Under the pieces are notes generated by a model. That model was given only the letters and a program-made list of their open reading frames with translations, made no database searches and was not told the DNA's origin. Made by a program: the position numbers and the translations under genes. A stretch of 61,353 nucleotides of DNA, filler included, from Sphacelaria rigidula (lineage: Eukaryota): NCBI GenBank assembly GCA_964200075.2. It is 11 parts of 11 records of this genome, joined end to end, with 100 filler letters (N's around TTAATTAATTAA, not from the genome) between each part and the next. Parts side by side here need not be neighbours in the genome. Positions count along the whole stretch, not along the records: positions 33,523 to 39,009 come from CAXNAA020026928.1; positions 39,110 to 44,595 come from CAXNAA020026929.1; positions 44,696 to 50,181 come from CAXNAA020026930.1; 8 more parts are not named here. The stretch is one strand, 5' to 3'. The first letter of the stretch is position 1; each line of letters starts with the position of its first letter. Shown here in pieces: positions 38,401 to 47,896 of the stretch.

Positions 38401-39186
38401 ATAGCTGAGGTAAACAACAAACAACTGCCAGGGGGCAGCCTTCCTAGCCCGCGTTGGACGCTAGCTCTAATCCGTCGACTGTGGTACTTATTTACACGTG
38501 TATTATCTCCATCAACGTGCTTTTTGTGGCGTAAAAGTCGCGCTGTACTGCTGCCCAACGTGTGTTCTCACTGCACACTTCAAGGCTTACTAGCGGCCGT
38601 CGTTTGAGCCCAAGATCGGTATGACGGTGCTGCGAAAAATGCGGTATTTGTTGGCCGTTGTTCATGGTTCACCTCAGCTTCCGGTGACATATCCCACCTC
38701 CGCGAGCCGTGGGGTTGACTCTTGTTGAATCGTTCCAGCGCCTCTCTGCGTCGAATTCGGTGTTGACGACTTTTGTGTACATGCTCAATACTTACGATTT
38801 ACTTCGAAGTACGTATTATGTGCATTTCTGCAATATCTCGACAGAGTACCTTTCGCTAGAGATTTCTACACTTGATGTCCGCAAGACGCCGTACCAAATT
38901 GAGATTGATCGTGATCACTACTGGTACCGTCGAGTAATTAATTTTTTTCCCTCACACTTTGAACCCCTCCCCTCCCTCGGGATGAGTCCGTGGCCTGAAG
39001 GGATCAACCNNNNNNNNNNNNNNNNNNNNNNNNNNNNNNNNNNNNNNNNNNNNTTAATTAATTAANNNNNNNNNNNNNNNNNNNNNNNNNNNNNNNNNNN
39101 NNNNNNNNNTCTAAATTTTTTCTTATTTCTTGTTTGCCGTCAAAAGTTGCAATAATGTCCCATTTTTCGGTTTGGGTGTTTCACAT

Positions 39187-39240
39187 GCCCCCCCCCCCCT
39201 CCTCTCACAAATGAGTACGCCCCCCCCCCCCTCCTCTCAC
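39187..39240 (+). mobile_element. 10-bp retroposon tail (AAATGAGTAC) flanked by a perfect 22-bp TSD
   Basis: G-C12-TCCTCTCAC at 39187-39208 and 39219-39240; insert at 39209-39218. Confidence 0.85.
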
Positions 39241-39501
39241 CCAGCCGTGTTTTTCTGTGAGATATTTTCGAGTTCCTGTGCTGGGTATTTGGATTCATTA
39301 CTATTTGGTTCTTCTTTGTTTTCGCTTATTCGTCACGTCACGTCACGCCACGTTCCTGTGTCAATATATTAAGGCCTGACTTCAAAATATGTTCATTTCG
39401 TTTGTCATACGCATCCTCTGTCGGACACCAGCGTCGCTCGTCTTACGTGATTGTCTTCGGTTGACCTACATATATTATATGTATATATATATGTATAACG
39501 A

Positions 39502-39797
39502 TTTTTCCGTGAGATCGAGAGTCCAGGATACGATTGAGACAGTGAGAAGCGGTCAATTATTGAATGAAACGTTTCAGTTCCGAAATGCCCCTCCACGCGG
39601 CCTGATGCACGTTCTGTAGTAGCTTGCCAGTGAAGCCTTCTGATATCCCTGAGTAGGATACCGACGTGTAGCTGTAAGCAATTGGCAGAGTTGCAGGTCA
39701 AGAAAAGCACACAGAAGATGAAAATTCCGCCGTGTTAAAGCGAAGAATAACACTCACTCTCAATCTTAGCTGAACTGTCAGTCTCACGACAAAAACA
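39502..39797 (+). mobile_element. Second copy of the ~290-bp solo-LTR/MITE-like element
   Basis: Colinear with 6818-7106 (GATCGAGAGT…GAGTAGGATA.CGACGTGTAGCTGTAAGCA…AAGAAAAGCACAC). Confidence 0.7.
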
Positions 39798-40352
39798 TTG
39801 CTATATACTGTTTTAAGGGCCTCAAGCTGATCTCTTGCTGACACATGTGGTCTTGAGCATACTACGTATTATCGTGTTGTGTTGCCTTGCGTTGTGTTTT
39901 ACTGCTTCTGTCGCTGTTTGTTGTTCGCCAACGTTTTGTTTTTTTCTATGGTGGGTATGAATAAGTGCATGTGCTTTTGTGCGCGAGACCTTTATCCACC
40001 TGAATCCATATTAGAGATGCCGGCCCTGTCATCTGTAGTTTTTTTTGAAAATTTTGATCTTGTTCTTGTCCTCGGCTTCTTTTTTTTTTTCGTCCAGTCT
40101 ACTCTGTCCGGTCTACTTTCCTATCATCTTTTTTTTCGCCTAGTCTACCCTGTCTGTCCATCCTACCTTCCTGTTCTTCAAAACTTTTTTTCTGTGAATG
40201 TTCTCATGTCGGTTGCCTTGGTTACGCCTATCATGTGGACAATGACCGCGGCCTGGCCCCGCGGGGATCAGTAACTATGTGACAACCGAAGCAAATAAAA
40301 TCGATGTTGCGCGCGCGGTTCTGGTTTCATATGTCTGTCGTGTCGCGAGCAG

Positions 40353-40516
40353 TCTGTCTGGCAGTCTCTCGTGGAGCGTAACGAGCGCACAAAACTTCAG
40401 CAGGAGAAGGCAGCGGCAGGCGCCGATGCCCAGCGACAGGCGCAAGAAGCGGCGGAGTTGAGACATAAGCTTGAGGAGGAGCGGAGGAGAGCGCTCGAAG
40501 CGGAGAACACCGCGAG
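40353..40516 (+). CDS. Ala/Glu/Arg-rich helical-repeat protein, exon A (5' border uncertain)
   Basis: SVWQSLVERNERTKLQQEKAAAGADAQRQAQEAAELRHKLEEERRRALEAENTA(R), then donor GTAGGT; phase 2 out. Confidence 0.6.
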
Positions 40517-41520
40517 GTAGGTGGAAAATGTTTCTTATGTTGTTGTTGTCTTCACATTAAAAATCGGTCCGATATCTGCGCGGTACATTTGTACCGGGCA
40601 TCTGATGCGGACGCCTTCCGTGGTCACAGGCTAGCTACCTGTAATAAGGTTGAAGGAAATAAAAAACAACAAAAAAACGAAATAAAATGAAACAAAAATG
40701 AAATTATAATGGCATGCGTAGCAAATTAGACGACGACTGCTGTAGTATTGAAAGGACGCTCGAGATAGGGATCACTGCCAGGCAGAGTACGTGGGACATT
40801 TAAAACATATATATTGATGAAATAATGGATAATGACAGTTGTAGTTTTGAAATGCGCTCGACGCCGAGAACACGTTCCTTCGCTCCCCCCGTATTAATTG
40901 GCAAGTCAAACTCTATTCCTATCTATATATCGCTGAGAATCGCCAGCAAAAAATCTTCACTCTTTCGGCCGAGAATTCGAAGCTGAAAGTTCTATTAACA
41001 GACGGTTTTAGCTTTGTGAATACTTTCCCCTACAATGTAATAACCGATGCCTATGCGTGTACTAGAGATGCCAAAATTTTGTGCGCCGAAGTATTTAGCC
41101 CGTGTTATTGTGTCAGATGAAGACAGTTGTACAACGTGCTCGCCTGGTCCTGTCTTGAGGTCTGCTATCAATATTCCATGAGCCCAATATTCCATCAGCC
41201 CCATACCCATGGCAAGACAGCTTTAGTTGAATGAACATGGGGACATGGACGACGCTAGCTGTAATAGTAAGCAAACAATACTCGGACTGAAAACAGTTAC
41301 CGGTGCTTGACTCTGTCGCATTGTAGTCGCAGCAGCGCCCGTCTCCCTCTCTCGTCTGTAGCGCGCAGATCCAGCGGACTATCTAGTAGCCGGCAGTTTC
41401 GTACTTGAGATGAAAGGTACGTAGTACCCTTGTATCAACATTGGTATATATGAGACTGCTACGGCTGAGAGGGGGTTTACTTCTACTGTAGTGCGCTCAA
41501 TATTACCTCCCCTCCTGCCC

Positions 41521-41760
41521 GCAATGTTGAAATGGTGAGACACCCATGAGGCAGTGTACAAGCCGTGGCTGTCTCTGGAAGTGGCGATACCACAAAGTGA
41601 AGCAACTCATTGGAGGCTGTCATTCCAATGCAACATATTCAGTAGGCTTCGGGCCGAACCAACTTAGCAGGATGCCGCTCACCCTTCATTCGGCTCGCCA
41701 AACACACCACGGCGCTTAGGTCAATGGTATCATGACTACGACATGCATGATCATGAGTAT
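41521..41760 (+). mobile_element. 5'-truncated, internally deleted GAGTAC-tail SINE copy between C-rich tracts
   Basis: Ends ATGAGTAT followed by C12; left flank CCTCCCCTCCTGCCCGC. Confidence 0.8.
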
Positions 41761-41838
41761 CCCCCCCCCCCCGACCCGCCCGGCCCGCCCGCCCGCCTTC
41801 CTCCCTCATATGCACGCGCTGCGTTTGTGTCCTTACAG

Positions 41839-42007
41839 AGATGAAGCTGCTAAAGCCGAGAAGGCTAAGCGAGTGGCCATTGCCGCCAATCAACGCGCGC
41901 GGCAGGAGCTGGGGGCCAGGGAGAGAGAGGCTGTCGCCCGGGAGCAGGAGAGGCAGGAGGAGGCTGCTAAGAGGGCGGCGGAGAGAAATAGAACGGCAGC
42001 AGAGAAG
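41839..42007 (+). CDS. Ala/Glu/Arg-rich helical-repeat protein, exon B
   Basis: Acceptor TTACAG; DEAAKAEKAKRVAIAANQRARQELGAREREAVAREQERQEEAAKRAAERNRTAAEK; donor GT; 169 nt, in phase with exons A and C. Confidence 0.72.
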
Positions 42008-42743
42008 GTGGGGGGCTACGGGCTTTTGCCTAGCGGGGAGTATCTGATAGCGTGGTGTTGGGGATAGAGGAGTTGGTTTGTCGTTTAGTGCCATCATACC
42101 TTTTGGACAGAGTCGATTATGTTGGATGTGGATCGTTTCTCGTATTGTACTGTATCGTACTGCGACGCTAGCACGCATGGGTTTAGCCCCTGTTTCGAAT
42201 TTGAGGGCCTGGGTCCCGCTCCTTGAATTATAATAATCTGCCAAAGTAAGACTCTGTTTCGCCGTCCGTGCAGACTGAAGTAATATGACCGACGAGCGTG
42301 TAGTGAGTGAGGTGCGATTAGCGTCTGCCACTCACTCGTTTATTTTTGTGTCACATTTTTTGTGGCCCTTGTAGACTCGCTATCCGCAGTGCGCGTGTAC
42401 TTATGGCGGACGGGAATGGATGGAGCCTGGTGTGGTTCTGATATATCTTATACATACATCGAAATGCTGCTGGATGTATTGAGTGCCATCTTTCATCACT
42501 GTGTGTTATGGGAACGAAAGTCGGCCTGATATGATGAAACGATATCATGATATCCCCACCTATGGGAAAATATGACGATGTGTTGTCAGAAAGTTGTCAT
42601 CGACTTGCCCCTTGTTCTGAGGTATCCTCTGCAGATGTGCTGGACCTCGATCCGCACTCCTGTGCGCCATTTTTAACCCGCCCCGCTGTCCCTCCCTACT
42701 CTGTCGTCGCCTTTTAACCCTGGATACACACATACACACGCAG

Positions 42744-43608
42744 GCGGCGCTAGCGAAAGCAGCCAAGGATGCCACCTTAGCAGCTGCCGCTGCTAAGAAG
42801 GCCGGGGAGCACCAGGCGATGGCGGCGGCAGCTGCAGCGAAGGCGGAGGGCAGAAAGGAAGCCGAGGATAAAGCTGCGATCGAAAAAAGAAAGCTTGGCG
42901 AGGAGAAGCGGGTAGCGGTAGCAGCGGCGGAAGCATCGGCGGCGGCGGCCGCGGCCGCCGAAAGGAGAGAGCGAGAGACGAAAGCCGCCACCGATTCGGC
43001 GGCCGCAGCCGCGATAGCCGCAGCCCAAGCTAGAGAGCGAGCAGCTAAAGCCGCCGCCGATGCGGCCTCGGCAGCGGCGCTAGTGGCGGCGGAAGCGAGG
43101 GACCGGGAAGCTAAAGCTGCAGCTGAAGCGGCCACAGCTGTCGCCGCAGCCCAAGCGAGGGAGCGAGAGGCTAAAGCTGCCGCCGAAGCGGCGGAGGAAG
43201 CAGCCGCGAGGAAGGCGAGAGAGCGGGAAGCTAAAGCTGCAGCTGAAGCGGCCGCAGCTGTAGCCGCAGCCCAAGCAAGGGAGCGAGAGGCTAAAGCTGC
43301 CGTCAAAGCGGCTGAGGAAGCAGCCGCGAGGAAGGCGAGAGAGCAGGAAGCTAAAGCTGCAGCTGAAGCTGCCGAAGCAGCCGCGGCGGCCGAAGCGAGA
43401 GAGCGGGAAGCTAAAGCTGCCGCCGATGCGGCCGCTGCCGAGGAGCAGCAGGATAACCTGGATGGATTTGAAGATGCTATGGAAACTGAAGAAGATGACG
43501 GTCGTGGTGTTAAGGAGGAGAGTAAACCCGGTCGGCGGTCGCGACGGAGGCCCCGCGAGGAGGACGCGGAGGAGGAAGAGGATGAGGACGAGCCGCCGGC
43601 CAAACGAG
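42744..43608 (+). CDS. Ala/Glu/Arg-rich helical-repeat protein, exon C (20-aa AREREAKAAAEAA repeats, acidic/basic tail)
   Basis: Acceptor CGCAG at 42739-42743; 865 nt open; ends …EEEEDEDEPPAKR then donor GTTTGT. Confidence 0.78.
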
Positions 43609-43821
43609 GTTTGTGCGATTGGTTTCCGATTTATTTTATTTTATCGTTTTTTGTTATTTTATTATTTTCCCCTGTACGGGTATTGTTGTTGTGAGAGGGC
43701 GAGGAGGTGTCTTTTAGGTTACAAGACATTGGGGGTTGCCGGCGTTTCACGTGCCGCGCGTTTTGGTCAAAGGGCGCGCGTTGGGGTCGAGCTGGAGACG
43801 AGAAGCAGTTTGGGTGGGGTG

Positions 43822-44320
43822 TGCTCAGTATGTTGCATGTCGTACTCGTAAGACCGTTGGCTTCGCATCCCTACAAAGCCGGGACAGAGCACGCCGGTTT
43901 TCGCCGGACCAGGCTCGCAATCAATCACCAAGCGCGAAGCGCCGTGGCGTGTTCGGCGAGTCGCATGAAGGTTTAGCTGCATCATGCTACAATAAGATTG
44001 TTCGGCCCGAAGCGTATTGCTTATCTTGCATGTGGGTGGCAGCCTCCAATGAGTTGTTTCATTTTCTGGTATCGCCAGTTCCAGAGACAGCCGCGGCTTA
44101 CACACTGCTTCATGGGTGTCTCACCATTTCAACACCATGTAGTATGATCATCCCCTTTGCGCGGAGTTCGGGTTCCTCCATCCCGCACAATTTGATCTTG
44201 CTCCACCATCATCATGGTGACCGGAAAAGAGATGTGAGCGCGCAAAAAACACGGTAACCTGGTTGCCTAGCTCACGCAGTGAGGGTGTCTTACAGCGTCA
44301 TCGCCAACCGACGCCAGCCC
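43822..44320 (-). mobile_element. Full-length ~500-bp GAGTAC-tail SINE-like element
   Basis: Same 5' end as the 17296 copy (GGGYTGGCGTCGGTTGGC.ATGACGCTGTAA); G-rich flanks on both sides. Confidence 0.85.
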
Positions 44321-44426
44321 CATGGGGGGCTCGATATTTCGGGGGGACTTGACGATTAAAGTCCGTTTGCACGAACACTCTTCTGGTAGACTGGGCCGCG
44401 TGCACTTGAAGACTAGATCCACCTCC

Positions 44427-44595
44427 TAGGAGTAGGAACGGTGCTCCGTCTCGAAAGGGATGCGTGGTCAATGGTCAAACGACTAAGGCAAGCAACAAAT
44501 GAGTACGCCCCCCCCCCGCCTGGTCCGGCGAGAACCCGGCGTGCTCCGTCCCGGCTTTGTAGGGGCGGACCCCCGATGGGGTTGGCATCGCTTGG
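44427..44595 (+). mobile_element. LINE tail (to ATGAGTAC at 44506), C10 run, then a variant SINE fragment
   Basis: 44427-44506 is nearly identical to 28449-28528; 44518-44581 matches the minus strand of 50282-50345. Confidence 0.85.
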
Positions 44596-44695
44596 NNNNN
44601 NNNNNNNNNNNNNNNNNNNNNNNNNNNNNNNNNNNNNNNTTAATTAATTAANNNNNNNNNNNNNNNNNNNNNNNNNNNNNNNNNNNNNNNNNNNN

Positions 44696-45208
44696 CTGTG
44701 GGGGGCGGGGTAGTCCCGTGTGGAGAGGGGAGTCTGTACGTGATTCAATCTTGAAGACTGGGTTAGTGATCTGAGTGACTTTGGATGAAGGTTTCGGTTC
44801 ATCTAAGGATGAGGAGGGGTCGACATGCAGGAGACGGAGGCGTCTAAGTTGTTCGTCCAAACCGGACTGTGATACAGAGAGACGGACTGTTGCTTGCTCA
44901 GAGTGTAAACTGTGAGTTCGCTGGGCTTCTTCCAGCTGTAACTGTGCGGTCTGAATAGCTTTTGCTGATTGGCGCAACACTTTGCTCTGTTTGCTCTGTT
45001 GCAGAGCAAGGGCCTGTCTCTGATGGTCCACATCACGTTGAGTGCGTATGAGGAATTGACTGCGATCAAATTCTTGCCGCCTATCGCGTTCTGCCTTGGC
45101 CTTATCGGCCAGTAAGAAAAGAGCATCCCAGTATTCTGCCTGCTCCAAAGGTGTCCACTGTTCCCACAAATAAGGTGGGGTGAGTTCAGGCCGAGAGTGC
45201 TGGAACAT
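44696..45208 (-). CDS. Putative gag N-terminus of an LTR retrotransposon, open to scaffold end
   Basis: MFQHSRPELTPPYLWEQWTPLEQAEYWDAL…, Q-rich coiled coil; lies downstream of an LTR-like segment and a PBS-like TGG. Confidence 0.5.
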
Positions 45209-45456
45209 TTCGCGACATCTGTGGCCTGTGGTCAAACTAGACAACTGGAAGTAGCACGTGGACAGGTTGTCGTAAAATAACAGCGTATCACCCGCTGGAC
45301 GGTGTATAAAAAGCAAGTGAGAATCAAAGACCGAAAATACAGGGCTTGAAAAAATCAAACCAACGAAGAGTTGTGGTGGGCCGGAACGCTTACAACAGTA
45401 GGCCACGGAGAGAAAAACAGTACAGCTTGAGGTCACAAGCTACCTCTGAAGCCCCA

Positions 45457-46116
45457 TGAATGTGGAAGTATAAGCAATTACCGCAAGCAGTAGTACCGTA
45501 TACTCCGAACGCAAGCAAGCCACGCCCCTGAGGGGTGTAGACAGGTGGTCCTGTTTCCGACTTGCTAATCCAAACTGCTGTTTCACTCTCTCAAGACAAT
45601 AGCCCATCTGTCTAAGTGGGAACAGCCCCACAGCCAGCAAACAAGTAACAATAGTGAATGAGGGTGATAGTACAGCACAGCTAAGACTCGCGCCAATAAG
45701 GCTGTGGACTCGCGACACTGAAGACAGGAGATCGGTAGGTAGCTGATGAGCAAAGCTCTTCTTTATATTCAATTAGGCGTTAAGACTGTAGTCGAGGTTT
45801 TCGAGTGGGACAGGGGGGTAGAGCAGCTGCCCATACATCCGTCTGCCCTGCTTACAATCTCGTCATAATACACAATCACCTTGACGCGCCGTACCTTTAG
45901 GTAATCAAGGCTGTAGTAGCGGCAGGTACCCGCGGCTAATCGGGTACAATCATTTTGCCTTCAACCCGCTGTGGCAATAATACAGGGATCGAATCCTGCC
46001 TTACACAAACACACATTCTGCTAGAATCCTTCCATACCTGCTGGTCGTTTCTGGGGACCATCTGCATATCCACAAGGAAACTAGTTTTAATTCTGACCCT
46101 GTCATTTACCATCACA
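45457..46116 (-). mobile_element. Putative 5' LTR (~660 bp)
   Basis: TGTGATGG…CTTCCACA(TTCA) followed by TGGGGCTTCAG; homologous to 27413-27835. Confidence 0.65.
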
Positions 46117-47430
46117 CTATCGAAACTGTCGAGTAGTCTCCGAAGGGCAGAAGTCTGCGTAAAGAAATGCCTATGCTGAACCAACCTCTCAGGGAAATTC
46201 ACAGGAGGTTGCTGTCTGGTCAGTCAGCGTTGCACACGTCAACAGCGTGTCTGCACATACGCTACTCGACCCGGGCTGCCGATTTCGGGTTGCAGCAATA
46301 CAATGAGCTCCAATACATTTCGACCGGCTTCTGACTCAATTGCACGTGTGGTTGCCGTTTCGATTACCTATCGGAGCTGTCGAGTCGTCTTCGCAGTGCA
46401 GAAGCCTGTGTAGCGAAAACAAAAATATGCTGAACCATCCTCTCACGGAATTTCGTGGGAGGTTGCCGTCTGGTCAGCAGCGTTGCACATATGCACACTC
46501 CTTGACCGGGCTGTCGGGAATTTCCGAGTTGCAGCAAACAAAAAGCCCCCCCCAAAAAAAACAATCAGCAGGCTTTTGACTCGATTGTCATATTCAATTG
46601 CCGTTACGATTGTATATCGGAACTGTCGAGTCATCTTCGAAGTGCAGAAGTCTGCGGGCCAAATGCCTATGCTGAACCAACCTTCTACGGAAATCCACGG
46701 GAGGTTGCCCTCTGGTCAATTAGCAGATGGCACAAACGCTTCTTGATTCAAAGTGCCGAAATGCTTCGGGACGCAGTATATATATATATATATCAGTTAA
46801 AACTTTGAATCAATTGCACCCAGAGGTGGTCGCCGTTGCGATTGTAGTGCAACTATTGAGTTCTGTGTTTTTCTTACAAGTACAGAAGCCTACGAACGCC
46901 GCTGAACTAACATCATACGATGGTGCCGTTTCATCCCGGATGTTCGATTGCTTACCGGCGCTGTCAGTCGTCTTCGAACTGCAGAAACCGGTGTAAAAAA
47001 TAATAATAATATATGCTGAACCAAATGTCTCACGGAAATCCACGAGAGGTTGCCGTCTGGTCAGTAGCGGTGCACGTGTGTACGCTCCGTGGCCCGGGCT
47101 GTCGAAAACTTTTCGAGTTGCAGCAAACAATATGTTCAATATACATATATATATATATATATCAGCAAGTTTTCTGCCTCACCTGCCCTGTGTATTAGGC
47201 GTTCGATTGTATATCGATCCCCCGGATATCCGCGGGGGGTTGCCCTCTGGTCAATTAGCGGATGGTCAAGACGCTTCTTGATCCAGAGTGCCGAAAGACT
47301 TCGGGAAGCAGCCAAATAAACGTCAGTCGAAACTTTGACTGTCTATGAGAACGGTCGAGTGTAATTTTTCTTCGACGTACAAAAGCCTACGTACGCCTCT
47401 AAATCAACATCATAGGATGTTGCCGTTTTC
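46117..47430 (+). repeat. Degenerate tandem repeat with ~250-350-bp units
   Basis: TATGCTGAACCA…GGAAATCCAC.GGAGGTTGCC.TCTGGTCA at about 46172, 46426, 46668 and 47012, and partly at 47230. Confidence 0.75.
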
Positions 47431-47896
47431 ATCATGGACGCTTGGTGTGTCCTTGATGTAGAGCGTGTGTGTGATCGTCGGTCAAATATCGAATCCGTCG
47501 GCACAAGTGTTCTCTACTTTATTTATATATATACATACACATTCCCGCGGAGGGGGGGGGGGGGCATGACGGAAATGGCGGGGTGGGCAAAAAGCCATCG
47601 ATCCAAACGCCGGCGAGCGAAAAAACACACACGCACATAACAACGACACATGTCGACAGCTGATTTCTCCAGCTCGCGATAGGAATACGAGGCTTGTATA
47701 CGGGTAAGGTTAGCGGGGCTACTGTCCAAAATATCCACGACAGTTTGACGATGCGTTTCCACCTCGGCGTGATGCTCGCATGTGTTTGAAACCCGAACAC
47801 CAGAGGCCGGAGCGCGTTGATTTTCGTCGCTGAACTTTTCTTTATCCCATATTGGCCCATGTCCGCATGATCGCCTTATTTTTTCTCTACATTAGA

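Noticed and set aside
42560..43603. 347-aa Ala/Ser-rich minus-strand ORF
   Set aside because: Antisense shadow; splice sites and phase continuity support the plus strand.
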